Counted from the first letter of the whole stretch, positions 13,045-24,663 are shown. The stretch is DNA of 63,553 nucleotides, filler included, from Basidiobolus ranarum (GCA_040143965.1; 49 parts of 49 records of this genome joined end to end with filler, not necessarily neighbours in it); one strand, 5' to 3'. Program-made: numbers and translations. Notes: a model not told the origin generated them from the sequence alone.

Positions 13045-14247
13045 TAGGTCAAAATGCAACTTTGGTCAAACCAGTAAGTCCAGACAACTTACAGGACTTG
13101 CTGCTAGATGTTGGCCTTGGTTATTCCAGTACTAATGGTAGTATATCAGAAGTTGAGGAAGAATATGATGGTTTTGTTACAAACTCTTTGTAATTGGCAA
13201 ACATTAGTCCACTCATAACACTTACTGTAAAGGAAGCAGCATTGATTATTGAGCAGTGGAGAGTTCAATCCAATCTTAGCAACCAGGTGTTTATTGGTTT
13301 CCTTACACTTCCACCACAGTTGATTGGCAACTGTTGCTTGCCACAGACCTGGTACAAGTGGAAAACACTTGTCAATCTTATGACTTATAATTCTTCATTA
13401 ATTAAACTGCCTTCATGTGCAAATGGTTGTTTGGCTTTCACCAGTGATCTGAAAAACCTGAAGTCATGTACTGTTTGCACAAAATTGGCAATCACTGAAT
13501 CAGGTAAATATCATTCATATTTGGCTTACATACCGTTGATTTCCTGTCTTAAAGTTTTGATGAAATCACCCAAATATAGATCATTAATCCAATACAAAAG
13601 TACTCACTATAAAGCTGATGGTATTACCAATATAGTTGACTGATATCACTACCAGAATATGAAAAGTCAAGGTTTCTTTGAGAACATGTATGATCATGCA
13701 CTTGCATTGGCTCTGGATGGTTTCTCACTAAACAAATATGCTGTAAGAAAGGCTTGCTGGCTAAAAATTTTAATCAACTTAAATCTTCCTCCTTCTGAAT
13801 GTTTAAAGAGTCGTAATATTTTGTTACTATCCATTGTATCTGGACTTAAATCACCAGTGCTTATAGATAGCTTCTTGGAGCCTTTGATTGCAGAATTTGA
13901 ATGGTTATCTAATGGGGTTCAGATGGGTGAATATTTTATCAAAGCTAATATCATTGTATGTATTGGTGACATTCCTGCCATCAGTAAACTTAGAGGTTTT
14001 CATGTGCACAATGCACTATCTGGCTGTAGATTTTGTCAAATCAATGGAGTTTACTCTAACAGGCATATGCATTACTACTATACATCTAAAACACTAAACT
14101 TCATGATTTTACCATCAAGAGCCCGGTCAGATTTTAACATGATCACTAATATCAATATCTTTCACCAAATAGTCAGTCTAACATCAAACTTGTTATTATC
14201 CATAAGCCTAAGATTATATTGCAAAAGGGGACCAGCTGGAGCCAGAG
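13045..14247 (+). mobile_element. CACTA/CMC (Tnp2, Transposase_21-like) transposase pseudogene, N-terminal and central part
   Basis: CANGCLAF...CTVC, LALDGF, INLNLPP, DSFLEPLIAE, GDIPA, GCRFCQING. Confidence 0.88.
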
Positions 14248-14347
14248 NNNNNNNNNNNNNNNNNNNNNNNNNNNNNNNNNNNNNNNNNNNNTTAATTAAT
14301 TAANNNNNNNNNNNNNNNNNNNNNNNNNNNNNNNNNNNNNNNNNNNN

Positions 14348-14633
14348 CTATGCAAGATTTATCTTTTACTAGAAGTCTGTCTAACTCTACACCATTTCAA
14401 GCTTGGTTTGGAGCAAACCTGATGTAAAACATTTGAGGATCTTTAGATGCATTGCTTATGTCAAAATTATGATCCAAAATCAGTCTAAATTTGATCCAAA
14501 AAGTAAGAAATGCATATTTCTGGGTTATTGTGCTCAAACTAAAGCCTACAGACTCTACAATACCAAAATTTCCAAGTTAATCAAGTCCAGGGATGTTTTG
14601 TTTAATGAAAATGAAAATTTTTAACCCAAAATG
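14348..14633 (+). mobile_element. Copia integrase C-terminal fragment interrupted by LTR A
   Basis: KPDVKHLRIF...KKCIFLGY...SRDVLFNE, near-identical to 1720-1990. Confidence 0.9.
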
Positions 14634-14981
14634 TGTCAAAATTAGCATTGCCTAAACATCTATATAGTTGTATATAACTTAGTACTTAGTTATCTTGTAA
14701 CTCACTAAGATATTATCAATTAATCTCAATCTGAATTTACTTAGAATATTTTTACCAACTTACAAGTTCTCAGATATATAGATCTTTCAAACTTGTGCCA
14801 GAAGCCCCAAACTTAGCACACATATTCCTGGGACCTTCCTTAACATATTCTACACATTAGTTTGCTTACATCTTGACAAAACTATAAATGTCAACTTACT
14901 ACTCAATAAATCAATAAGTGAAAACCACCAATTCCTGTAATTTTCCAAACCACTTCCAACAGGCTCCCAAATACTTTAACA
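14634..14981 (+). repeat. Copia family A 5' LTR (348 bp)
   Basis: TGTCAAAATTAGC...TACTTTAACA, followed directly by PBS and gag. Confidence 0.92.
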
Positions 14982-14993
14982 GGTTATGAGCCC
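14982..14993 (+). promoter_or_regulatory. Primer-binding site GGTTATGAGCCC (half-tRNA-iMet type); contains the putative gag ATG
   Basis: Same type as the yeast Ty5 and Drosophila copia PBS; no spacer after the LTR CA. Confidence 0.88.
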
Positions 14994-15498
14994 CAAGCTT
15001 GCACTCTTTGTAATGTCTATTTCTCAAATTTATGGAACTTTTCCCTCTTATGAAAAATTGGATGGAACCAGTTATCATGTTTGGATAATTAAAAAGAAAA
15101 TGCTGCTGCAAGAAAAAGGACTTTGGGACACTATTGTAGGAGAAGAAAACAATGCAAAACTATCTGAAACCAAAGTTTTACTTCAGGTTAAAAAAGAACA
15201 AAGTGCCTTTAACACAATTTGTCTTTATGTTAAAGACAAATTGCTAATTCAATGTTCAAGAGCTAAAACTACCAAGAAAGTATGGAAAGCCTTGGAAGAC
15301 ACCTACCAAACAAGTCCTGCTGCCAACAAGATGTTTCTTAGAAGACAATTCTTTAACTCAAATATGAAGCCAGGAGAAGACATTAAATCACTAATTAATA
15401 AAGTCACTATTTTAGTGGATGAAATGGAATGCATTGGAGTGCCTACCACTGATCAATATATCATAGTTACAGTCCTGAATAGCCTGCCACACAAGTTT
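14986..15498 (+). mobile_element. Copia family A gag, interrupted at 15499
   Basis: EKLDGTSYHVW...LWDTI...AKTTKKVWKALEDTY...VLNSLPHKF. Confidence 0.9.
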
Positions 15499-15524
15499 TA
15501 TTGAAATTATTTAGGGATAAATAT

Positions 15525-15550
15525 TGGTCTGGCCAGGATTTGAACCTGGG
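15525..15550 (-). pseudogene. tRNA-derived 3' fragment (T-arm plus acceptor strand), cut by contig end
   Basis: Minus strand reads CCAGG-TTCAAAT-CCTGG-CCAGACC-A: perfect 5-bp stem with a B-box-like loop. Confidence 0.55.
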
Positions 15551-15650
15551 NNNNNNNNNNNNNNNNNNNNNNNNNNNNNNNNNNNNNNNNNNNNTTAATT
15601 AATTAANNNNNNNNNNNNNNNNNNNNNNNNNNNNNNNNNNNNNNNNNNNN

Positions 15651-15876
15651 GCCTTCTTGTCTCATTTCTTGTAAGCTTCCAATAAAGAAGGGTCAGAAGG
15701 TTCATTTTCATCTCCAGAGACTACATCCCAAAGCTCCCTGTCTTCCAGCATGATTTGCATCTTGAATTTCGAGAAATTGTAATTTTCTCCATCAAGCTTT
15801 TCAACACTTGAGTTAATAAAAGTGGTAGTAGTGGTTTCTCTCATGCTGTAAAGGTTAGAACATGGGGCTCATAACC
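15651..15876 (-). mobile_element. Copia family B PBS (15865-15876, GGTTATGAGCCC) and gag N-terminus
   Basis: VEKLDGENYNFSKFKMQIMLEDRELWDVVSG. Confidence 0.88.
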
Positions 15877-16253
15877 TATGGGGAAAATATGGGCTATTTG
15901 GAGGAACTTTAGAAAAGTGGAGTTTTGAATAGCTTTGTGAGATAATTGTTTATTGTCCAGAAATTAAGCATTTATACTTTTTGGTGGAAATACAGAAAAC
16001 TAACACTGGGCTGTGTTCAGAACATCTGTGGGTGTAAAATGAGCTATCTTTGGGGCAATTTGGACAAGTTTGAAATTTCCAATATGGAATTGCTTATTCT
16101 CACATGATTCACATAAATATATAATATATGTTCCAGTTTTCAGCTAAGTGATATTTGACTAAGTAATGTTAACTAACTTATATGTAATATATGAAATAGT
16201 CAGGTGTATAAAGATAGAGATAATAAATATGATAAAGACAATAAACTTCAACA
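15877..16253 (-). repeat. Copia family B 5' LTR (377 bp), TG...TA termini
   Basis: Starts TGTTGAAGTTTATTG, ends CCCCATA directly before the PBS. Confidence 0.88.
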
Positions 16254-16714
16254 TTCCTATGAGCAAATTTCTTGTATTGGGATTGAGCTTGCTCCAACTC
16301 AGATATTAATTGTTTATGTATGTCCTTAAGGAAAGTTGCATTGTCTCAGGCAGCAGGTCAAGGTAGATTTGATGGTGGGTGAATTGTGAAACAAGGATGG
16401 AATCCATCATTTGCAAAGAAGGGAGTTTGCTTTGTTGAGGTATGATAAGAGTTGTTATAAGCAAATTCAGCCATAGGCAAGAGATGTGTCCAATTATCCT
16501 CATTATAGTTGATAGTGCATTGCAAATATTGTTCCAAAACTTGAATGACTCTTTCTGTTTGGCTGTCAGATTGGGGGTGGAAGACAGTAGAGAGATTGGC
16601 AAAGATACCAAAGGTATGGAGGAGACTTTTCCAGAATTTGGAAGCAAACTGAGGTCCTTGGTCAGAGATGATAGTTTCAGGGAGTCCATGTAGGCAGAAG
16701 ATGTTTGGAGTTAC
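16254..16714 (-). mobile_element. Ty3/Gypsy integrase C-terminal half (degenerate)
   Basis: Minus strand, off-track frame: QTERVIQVLEQYLQCTINYNEDNWTHLLPMAEFAYNN. Confidence 0.85.
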
Positions 16715-16853
16715 TGTTGGATAATTAATCTTGATTCAACATCATAGTTTACTTTAGCTATGATATATATGTCAGAAACAGAAAGCAACATATCTATAGC
16801 CCATATATTCTAAATAGGAATACCTTTATATATATGTAACAAATATGTCTTAT
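16715..16853 (+). repeat. 5' part of LTR-like repeat C
   Basis: TGTTGGATAATTAATC...; other copies at 33861-33972(-), 49427-49738(-), 50227 onward(+). Confidence 0.7.
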
Positions 16854-17171
16854 NNNNNNNNNNNNNNNNNNNNNNNNNNNNNNNNNNNNNNNNNNNNTTA
16901 ATTAATTAANNNNNNNNNNNNNNNNNNNNNNNNNNNNNNNNNNNNNNNNNNNNATATGTGACTTTGGGAGTTTAAATGCTCAATATTATTGAATTTCTGT
17001 TTGTAGTCCCAAGTCCTCTTCGATGTTCTCTTGTTACCAATATCAATACTTACACAATCAGAGTTTATAGTAAGGGGTAGGTTAATCATTTAAATCGGAA
17101 TATGATTAGATTGTTTTACGTATGACTATTACAATACACTAGAGAAATACAACACGCTAAAGAATTTCACC

Positions 17172-17266
17172 ACAATATCTCTTAGATTGCATGGAAATAG
17201 CCTTTAACAATATCTCTCCTGGATTGCATGGAAATAACAGTATCTCTCCTAGATAGCGGAAATAGC
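17172..17266 (+). repeat. Three imperfect tandem copies of a ~30-bp unit
   Basis: ACAATATCTC(TCC)TAGATTGCATGGAAATA-like units at 17172, 17207, 17237. Confidence 0.8.
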
Positions 17267-17929
17267 AATGGAGATGTCAATGGCTACGGTAGTAATAATA
17301 ATAGTAATAGAAATCTTAACTTGTCAAATCTCACTGCTCTAATCAGTTGAAAGGTATTCAAAGTGAGCTACCATTAATATATATATAAATATAGGCACTA
17401 CTAATAGCACTTCCAGCAATTAATATCGAGTACCAATTAAGTGAGTGGGTTAGGGTTATATTTACTTACGCTGTTGGTAGTACTCTTACTACAGGCATTT
17501 CACCTGTATCAATCTTATTTTAACAAAGGAACCTGACGCGATAATGCCACTAAACTAACTTTACAATCTGTAGTCAAAACCAACTCCACGTAATGAACAA
17601 CTGTAACCACCCAAGCTACTTAAATCATCTTTCAACTGGTATGAATCTTGAAGAACACATCAGGTTTGGATAGATTGAACTCGGGTTACTTACCCATGTG
17701 TCCAATGGGCAAATTAGCGCTTCTTAAATAAGGAATACACTAATTCATAGTCAAGTACTTATAGCCGTGGAAAGCAATATATCCATTCCAGTATTAGGAT
17801 AGTACGAGACATCATAACAGACAGTAACCATATTTCCGCGTTAATATTAGAATAGTCAAGGTAACTTACACTTTAACTGTACGTCGGTATACAACATTCT
17901 TATCATGTTAATTGTCCGGTGGCCATTCG

Positions 17930-17937
17930 TATAAATA
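17930..17937 (+). promoter_or_regulatory. Putative TATA box of the LPMO-like gene
   Basis: TATAAATA starting 55 bp upstream of ATG 17985. Confidence 0.55.
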
Positions 17938-17984
17938 CCCTTGGTTTGAAGCACAGTTAAAGCAATACTAACCGTTCCTTCAAG

Positions 17985-18155
17985 ATGTTCTCTAATTTCT
18001 TGCAATCTACTCTTTACCTATTTGCGTTCGCGACGTTGACCGTCGCGCATATGGAGATGGTTCAACCTCCACCACGTCACTCACGGTACAATCCTACATG
18101 GACAAGCCCTCCGGATTATAACATGGTGAATCCTTTAGGCATTTATCCCTGCAAG
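17985..18155 (+). CDS. Secreted lytic polysaccharide monooxygenase-like protein (AA11-like), 3' truncated
   Basis: 21-aa signal peptide ending TVA, then mature N-terminal His: HMEMVQPPPRHSRYNP...DYNMVNPL...YPCK, matching the AA11-type pattern HMxMxxPxP...PL...PCK. Confidence 0.8.
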
Positions 18156-18255
18156 NNNNNNNNNNNNNNNNNNNNNNNNNNNNNNNNNNNNNNNNNNNNT
18201 TAATTAATTAANNNNNNNNNNNNNNNNNNNNNNNNNNNNNNNNNNNNNNNNNNNN

Positions 18256-19457
18256 ACCTGAAGTCATGTACTGTTTGCACACAATTGGTAATCACTGAAT
18301 CTGGTAAATGTTGTTTATATTGGGCGTACATACATTTGATTCCCCATCTTAAAGTTTGTAGGAAATTACCCAAATTCAGATCATTTTTCCAATACCAAAG
18401 TACTTGCTGAAAAGTTGTTGGTATTTGCAGGCACAATGCACTATCTTGTTGTAGATTTTGTCAAATCAGTTGAGTTTACTCTATCAAGCATATTCATTAC
18501 TACTATCCAAATACAACATTAAACTCCATGATTTTACCATCAAGAGCTTAGTCAGAATCCAACATGATCACTGATATCAATTCACCAAATATTCAGTCTA
18601 ACATCAAACTTGGTATTAGCAACAAGCTCAAGATTATATTGCTAAAGGGGATCAGCGGGAGCCAGGGCTTCCCATTAGTCACTATGCACTTACTAGTCAA
18701 CAACATTCCAATACTACTTGCCTGGCTATATATTGAAAAATTCAATATAAATGAGCCAATGGAGAAAGTATCAAAGTTTAAATTGATCAAGTAAATGCTT
18801 CAAAACATCAAGATCCATCATATTTTACCAGGACTTGCAGCAATATCCACTTATCTAGGTGTTTATTGAAATACAAAGACTGGAAGTATTGGATTTGTTT
18901 AAATCCAAGTGGAATCTTAAATGATTTCTGCCTGAAAAATATTGGCAACATTGGGAGTTGTTTGTTGATGTTGTTAATATATTCTTACAGCATCAACTCA
19001 CATTGGCAGATCTCAGGCAGATACAGCAACTGTGCAAAAATTTTGTAATTGGATATGAAAAACTTTATTACAGCTTTAAAGAAGATAGACTGAATCTATG
19101 CCAGTATTCAATACATTCCCTGCTGCATCTTTCACAATGCTTAGAGATTTTGGGCCCTTCCTATATATTTTGGGAGTTCCCAATTGAGGGCACCTCTGGT
19201 GAAATGATGCTCCATGTGAAATCATCAGTAATACTGTATGATAATATGATTAACAATGTATCAGCAAAATCAGTGATGGATGTAATGTGATGGGTTAAGG
19301 AGACTCCAGAGTATATTAACCTGCCAACAAAGGGCTCTTTTCAATGTGCTCACGGGTTTTTGCATTGTTTGAGCACAATAACAGCAACAAAGCCCAATCC
19401 ATGGACACAGAGTAAGTACCTTTATAATTGGACTAATTTGCTTGTGTGATAATCTGA
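18256..19457 (+). mobile_element. CMC transposase pseudogene, central and C-terminal part
   Basis: FPLVTMHLL, KYKDWKYW, YEKLYY, IHSLLHLSQCLEILGP, WEFPIE. Confidence 0.88.
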
Positions 19458-22400
19458 NNNNNNNNNNNNNNNNNNNNNNNNNNNNNNNNNNNNNNNNNNN
19501 NTTAATTAATTAANNNNNNNNNNNNNNNNNNNNNNNNNNNNNNNNNNNNNNNNNNNNGGAGACCAACAACGACGGCTCTGATGAAAAGGGAGAGGCCATC
19601 GAAAGCCTCTAAAATAATTTGTTCAATACCTCTTACACTGTTAGTTCATTTCAAGCATTAATAAATAAATCTACATCATTAATCCCATACGTATTGGTTG
19701 CAATAATCAAGGATTTGTAGCCATTTGTGGTATCTACCTTTCACTTGTATACTACAATATACTTTATAGTAAGTATGATGATGGAAATCTATGTTTCTGG
19801 TCATACATAAACCATCTCGAAAAACTTTATACTGCATGCCATATTTCGGTAAATTTTGAACCTGTGTAGATGCACATGTAGTGTCAGGGAGGTGGAAAAG
19901 TAAATTTCTTATTGTTAATGCTAATAAATTATTATCAGTGATACAGCATATCCTACCTAGTTACCCAAGTTAGACCTTGTTTGTTGTTACTAAAGCCCCA
20001 CATTCTTTAAAACTACATGAGCTTTCGAGCGCATTGATATGATAAAACTTTTAGTTTCCAAAATCGTTAAAATCTCTGAACACGATATATCACTAGTGCT
20101 TTGTACGATCTTACACGGGCAATGTATCATAAAACTCGATTCGAATCAAAACCAGAGATGGAACCTAAAGAACCATGCTTGCTATGCTCATGAGATTTAT
20201 TTAAGATACTGAAGTGTTTCAGCTCGTTCTACTATACAATGAGTCTTCGAAAATACTGAAGCTACGAGAGTTGTATGTAACTAAGAAAAATAGAATTATT
20301 CTACTCAACTCGTGAGAATCAATCCTCAGCGCTCATACTCAGGCCTAGAACCATAGACTCTACTAGGAATCTCCATTATTCGAGGCTCTTTCCTTGAGAT
20401 TCATCGTTACAATCGTCATGTGTCGGAGTCATCTATGAATTGGTCGTTATTGGGTTCTTATGTATCATCACCTAAGTTGGAAAGTTACGTTTGATCAGAA
20501 AACACTGGTGAGGACTACATCGTTGGAGTCGATTTCGGCGGTCATCTGTCTAAATATGGTCTTCAATTCCTTCTCAGTTTGTAATACGGAGTCGGAGATG
20601 CCAAATAGGAAACCTATGATTATTGACTTACAAGAACATTACCAAACAACCCATCAGTGTCTGTTAGCCAAGTTAGCAACTAAAAAGAGTATTCAACCAG
20701 TTGGAGTGGCTGTTGGGACAATCCTCATCACCGAATTCGTCATCACTTGTGGGGTTTTCNNNNNNNNNNNNNNNNNNNNNNNNNNNNNNNNNNNNNNNNN
20801 NNNTTAATTAATTAANNNNNNNNNNNNNNNNNNNNNNNNNNNNNNNNNNNNNNNNNNNNAATAAGCTAAAGACTATGAAATCTCTAAATCAGTAGTGTCG
20901 GATGTCCTGTCTCAAAGTTCTACTTATTAAAGGCTTTGCTTCCATTCACTTTGACTCTATGATTGCCTTACTTCTGTGCTTTTAAGACAAGGTAGCAGAG
21001 ACTAGCACAGTGCTTGCTGAAAGGGTACAGCTGGGGCTTCTAAGTTAAAGCTAAAAAAGTAACAGTGATTATCAAAGTTTAGCTCACAGTGAATATATAC
21101 AATTATTATTTGTAACACAGACACTGAGCAAATTAGATCTGTCAGATATAGCATAAAATGATGATTTGCATGCTTTGCAGGGAAATAAATCCAAACAGTT
21201 AAATGTCAAAGAAAAATCCAGAATAATAATCTGAGTTACACAGACTTTGCTTGCAGTACAGAGTACAAAAGCACTATATATGCAGCTTGATGTGGCTATA
21301 ACATACAACTTGCTGGTAGAATATTACTATTAAAGCAACATTCTTGTTTGAAAATAATAGAGGCAAAATTACTTAAGCACAAGTAATGTTGCCATTTCAG
21401 AATTGGCCCAGAAGTGGCTATACAATGAATTTATAATACCAATGAATGGACCATTGTGGTATATATTACAGTGAAATAATCTCTCAATCAATTAGCTATT
21501 ACCAATTCTAAGGAAGTTAGGTATATTTTCTGAATAGTTAGCAGAAATCTTTTTTATTACCCAAAACTGCAACTATATCAAGATTAAGGTAGTAATAAGA
21601 GATTAAATAAATTGCCAATATCATTCACCTTCCAAAAACATAAATCATACATTACCAAATTTCTTAATGATTGATTTAAGCCATTCAGAAATGTCAAGAA
21701 AAGTTTTCAGCCAACCTACAGACTGAGCCTTTGCATATATAGCCACTTCTCTTATTCTCCCAAGAAGTTCATCTAAATTTCTCTATTGAGCTACAAATCA
21801 TCTCAAACATATATTACACACCTTATATGAGTATCTTTGATTATTAGTTGCTTTCTATTAGCACTTAAACTCATTTGTGGCTTTAATCTGTTAATATTGG
21901 TTATTTATTTACTCATTTCACTGGACCATATTTTATATTATTAAATACTAATTAGCAATTAGGTTTTGTTGCATATTGGCACTTGTGCCCCATAGCTATT
22001 TGTAATTTGGTGAAATGTTAGATTTATTGCATAAATTATTCAATATTAAGACTTTATTTTGNNNNNNNNNNNNNNNNNNNNNNNNNNNNNNNNNNNNNNN
22101 NNNNNTTAATTAATTAANNNNNNNNNNNNNNNNNNNNNNNNNNNNNNNNNNNNNNNNNNNNAATTGGTGTTGTAATAGATGCTGCCCAAAATTGGAACTC
22201 TGGTGGGGTTAGCCAAGATATTTTCTGATTGCAGTTTCTTCTCACTGGTTATTGATATTCTGTGATACTTGGTCCAAGTGATGCTCTACAGAAACAACAG
22301 TACCGTGGGCACAAACTTCTTTACTACTTCGAGCTGCTGATTGCCCGGAATAGAAGCCCGTTTATTTGTTCTCATTTATTTGTTTCCGTTATAGGTGAGT

Positions 22401-22569
22401 GATTCTCCAACATATTTGCCAGTGCGAGTTAAATGACAATAGAAGTCAAAGGAGCCACCAACCAATAAGAGATTCTACTAATAAAATCATCTCCATATTG
22501 AACAATATTTTCAGTAACATCTTGGTAAATAAAGCGCCACACCAACACCAAGTATTAGTGCAAGTCAAG

Positions 22570-22577
22570 TATAAATA
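22570..22577 (+). promoter_or_regulatory. Putative TATA box
   Basis: TATAAATA starting 49 bp upstream of ATG 22619. Confidence 0.55.
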
Positions 22578-22618
22578 GAACATAGTGGATCCTAAGAGAT
22601 GTTATCAATCAGTTAATC

Positions 22619-23119
22619 ATGCTTCTCAAATCTATCCTATGCACTTTACTTTCCGCTGCTGCTCTGGTCAATGCAGGATTTGTAGACAGTAAAGGAAAAC
22701 ATTTGCTCCACGGTAGCCGCTACTACATTGAAGAGTGTGGCTCAGGTAAAGTCAGGTACTGGAATGTCAATGACAAGAACGAGATTTATTATTCCAGCGG
22801 GAAATTCCCCATTGGAGTATCAATATATAGTGACAAATGGATTCAGCCTTTTGCTGCCATGGATGGAGTTTGGACACCTTTGAAAGTCAAAAAAGACAAG
22901 GAAAATCAGGAAATTTTACACTTTGACGGCAGAGGAGAGCCTCTATTTATTAGTGGCACCAGGGATGAGGAAAGCAATTGTTACAAGTTATACCAGACAA
23001 AGCAGAATGGAGACAAGGTGGTTGATATTAGGCTTGCTGAGAATGGCCATAGTAACCTGCAACTTGGCGGCAACAAATGGATTACTTTGGTCAGATTTTT
23101 GTTTGCTAGTGCATATTAA
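22619..23119 (+). CDS. Complete single-exon small secreted protein, 166 aa, possible beta-trefoil/Kunitz(STI)-like
   Basis: Signal peptide MLLKSILCTLLSAAALVNA, upstream TATA, uninterrupted ORF; family call from motif resemblance only. Confidence 0.82.
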   Translation: MLLKSILCTLLSAAALVNAGFVDSKGKHLLHGSRYYIEECGSGKVRYWNVNDKNEIYYSSGKFPIGVSIYSDKWIQPFAAMDGVWTPLKVKKDKENQEILHFDGRGEPLFISGTRDEESNCYKLYQTKQNGDKVVDIRLAENGHSNLQLGGNKWITLVRFLFASAY

Positions 23120-23462
23120 TCAACATACTAACCAACCTTCATTTTGGTTTATTTGTGTGTTAACCTTTGCACCAACTTTATACAAGCATTAAACTTACAA
23201 TTATGATACAACAACATTTGAACAACTGATGACCTCTTGCTACAAGCGTACGATCCAGGATTTATACAGAATGTCATATTGCTTTTGCTAATAGTTTCCA
23301 GTATGAACTGACATATTAGGTACCATTGAATTGTATATAATATATACATAGATAAAATATTTNNNNNNNNNNNNNNNNNNNNNNNNNNNNNNNNNNNNNN
23401 NNNNNNTTAATTAATTAANNNNNNNNNNNNNNNNNNNNNNNNNNNNNNNNNNNNNNNNNNNN

Positions 23463-23644
23463 GAAATATCCAATATGGAATTGCTAATTCTCACATTATT
23501 CACATATATATATAATATATGTTCCAATTTTCAGCTAAGTGATATTTGACTAAGTAATGTTAACTAACTTATATGTGATATATGAAATAGTTAGGTGTAT
23601 AAAGATAGAGATAATAAATATGATAAAGACAATAAACTTCAACA
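23463..23644 (-). repeat. Copia family B 3' LTR (partial), preceded by PPT TTGAGTGGGAG (23645-23655)
   Basis: Follows the pol stop codon directly. Confidence 0.9.
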
Positions 23645-23655
23645 CTCCCACTCAA

Positions 23656-24663
23656 CTAAATATTCATATATCTTAATCCTAACTTAAATCTTAATTCTTC
23701 AAATTTAGGCTTGGGTAATGGTTTGGTAAGGATGTCAGCAATCATGTCCTCTGTTGGACAGTACTGTAGTTGGACGTGCTTATTCTCAATTGCTTCCCTA
23801 ACAAAGTGATGTTGAATATCAATGTGCTTACTTCTAGCATGAAATTTGGGATTTTTAGCTAAAGAAATACAACTTTGATTATCCTTGAAAATTATGGTGG
23901 GTGAACTTTGAATAATGCCCAAGTCTTTAAACAGTTTCATTAACCATGTAACCTTCTTTGTTGTATGTGATGCTGCCATGTACTCTGCCTCAGTTGTTGA
24001 AAGTGCTATGATGGGTTGTTTCTTGCTATTCCACAATATAGCTGCTTCACTATAGAGAAAGGTATGTCCAGTGGTATATCTTCTGTCCTCAATATCACAT
24101 CCATAATCTGCATCACTAAACCCAATTAAATCCTTATTCTCATAAGAATATGTGTATTGTAATCCCAGTTCAATTGTCCCCTTCAAATATCTGAAAATCT
24201 GCTTAACTGCTGCATAATGCTCAGATCCTGGGTTTTGCACATGTTGGCTGACTACTCCCACTGCAAAAGAGATATCTGGTTGGGTTCCAGTCATAGCATA
24301 GATCAAACTACTTACCATAGATTGATAAGAGAACTCAGGGCTTTCAAATGACATATTTTGAGACATATTTGGCCAATTTTCATTATTTTCGATGGGATTT
24401 TTGACTAGTTTCACACGTGGATTCATAGGAGTTGCTACTGGCTTGCAATTCTCCATCCTGTAACATCTGAGAATGTCTGAGATACATTTAGATTGATTCA
24501 GAGTGATAGATTTACTCAATATATCTGTATGGATCTGCAGACCTAAAAAATACATAAGTTCACCTAAATTGGTCATCTTGAATTGGACTGATAGATCTCT
24601 TTTGGTGTTCCTGAGAGCTTCATCATTATTGGTAGCTATAATCAGATCATCTACATATAAGGC
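23656..24663 (-). mobile_element. Copia family B RT C-terminus and RNase H (long open frame)
   Basis: GFSDADY, ALSTTEAEYMA, DNQSCI, RSKHIDIQHHFVRE, MIADILTKPL. Confidence 0.96.

Noticed and set aside
20498..20759. YIVGVDFGG resembling an actin/Hsp70-like ATPase phosphate-1 motif; ORF 20460..20807
   Set aside because: That frame has several stops soon after, and neither frame gives further recognisable motifs; needs BLASTX.
20860..22061. CpG-poor contig as a degenerate DNA-transposon transposase
   Set aside because: Only short protein-like stretches and no diagnostic motif; left unclassified.
9134..23362. Apparent cluster of secreted-protein genes (Ser-rich, LPMO, Kunitz-like) with a tRNA
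   Set aside because: Each lies on a different contig, ordered only by length; no linkage can be inferred.
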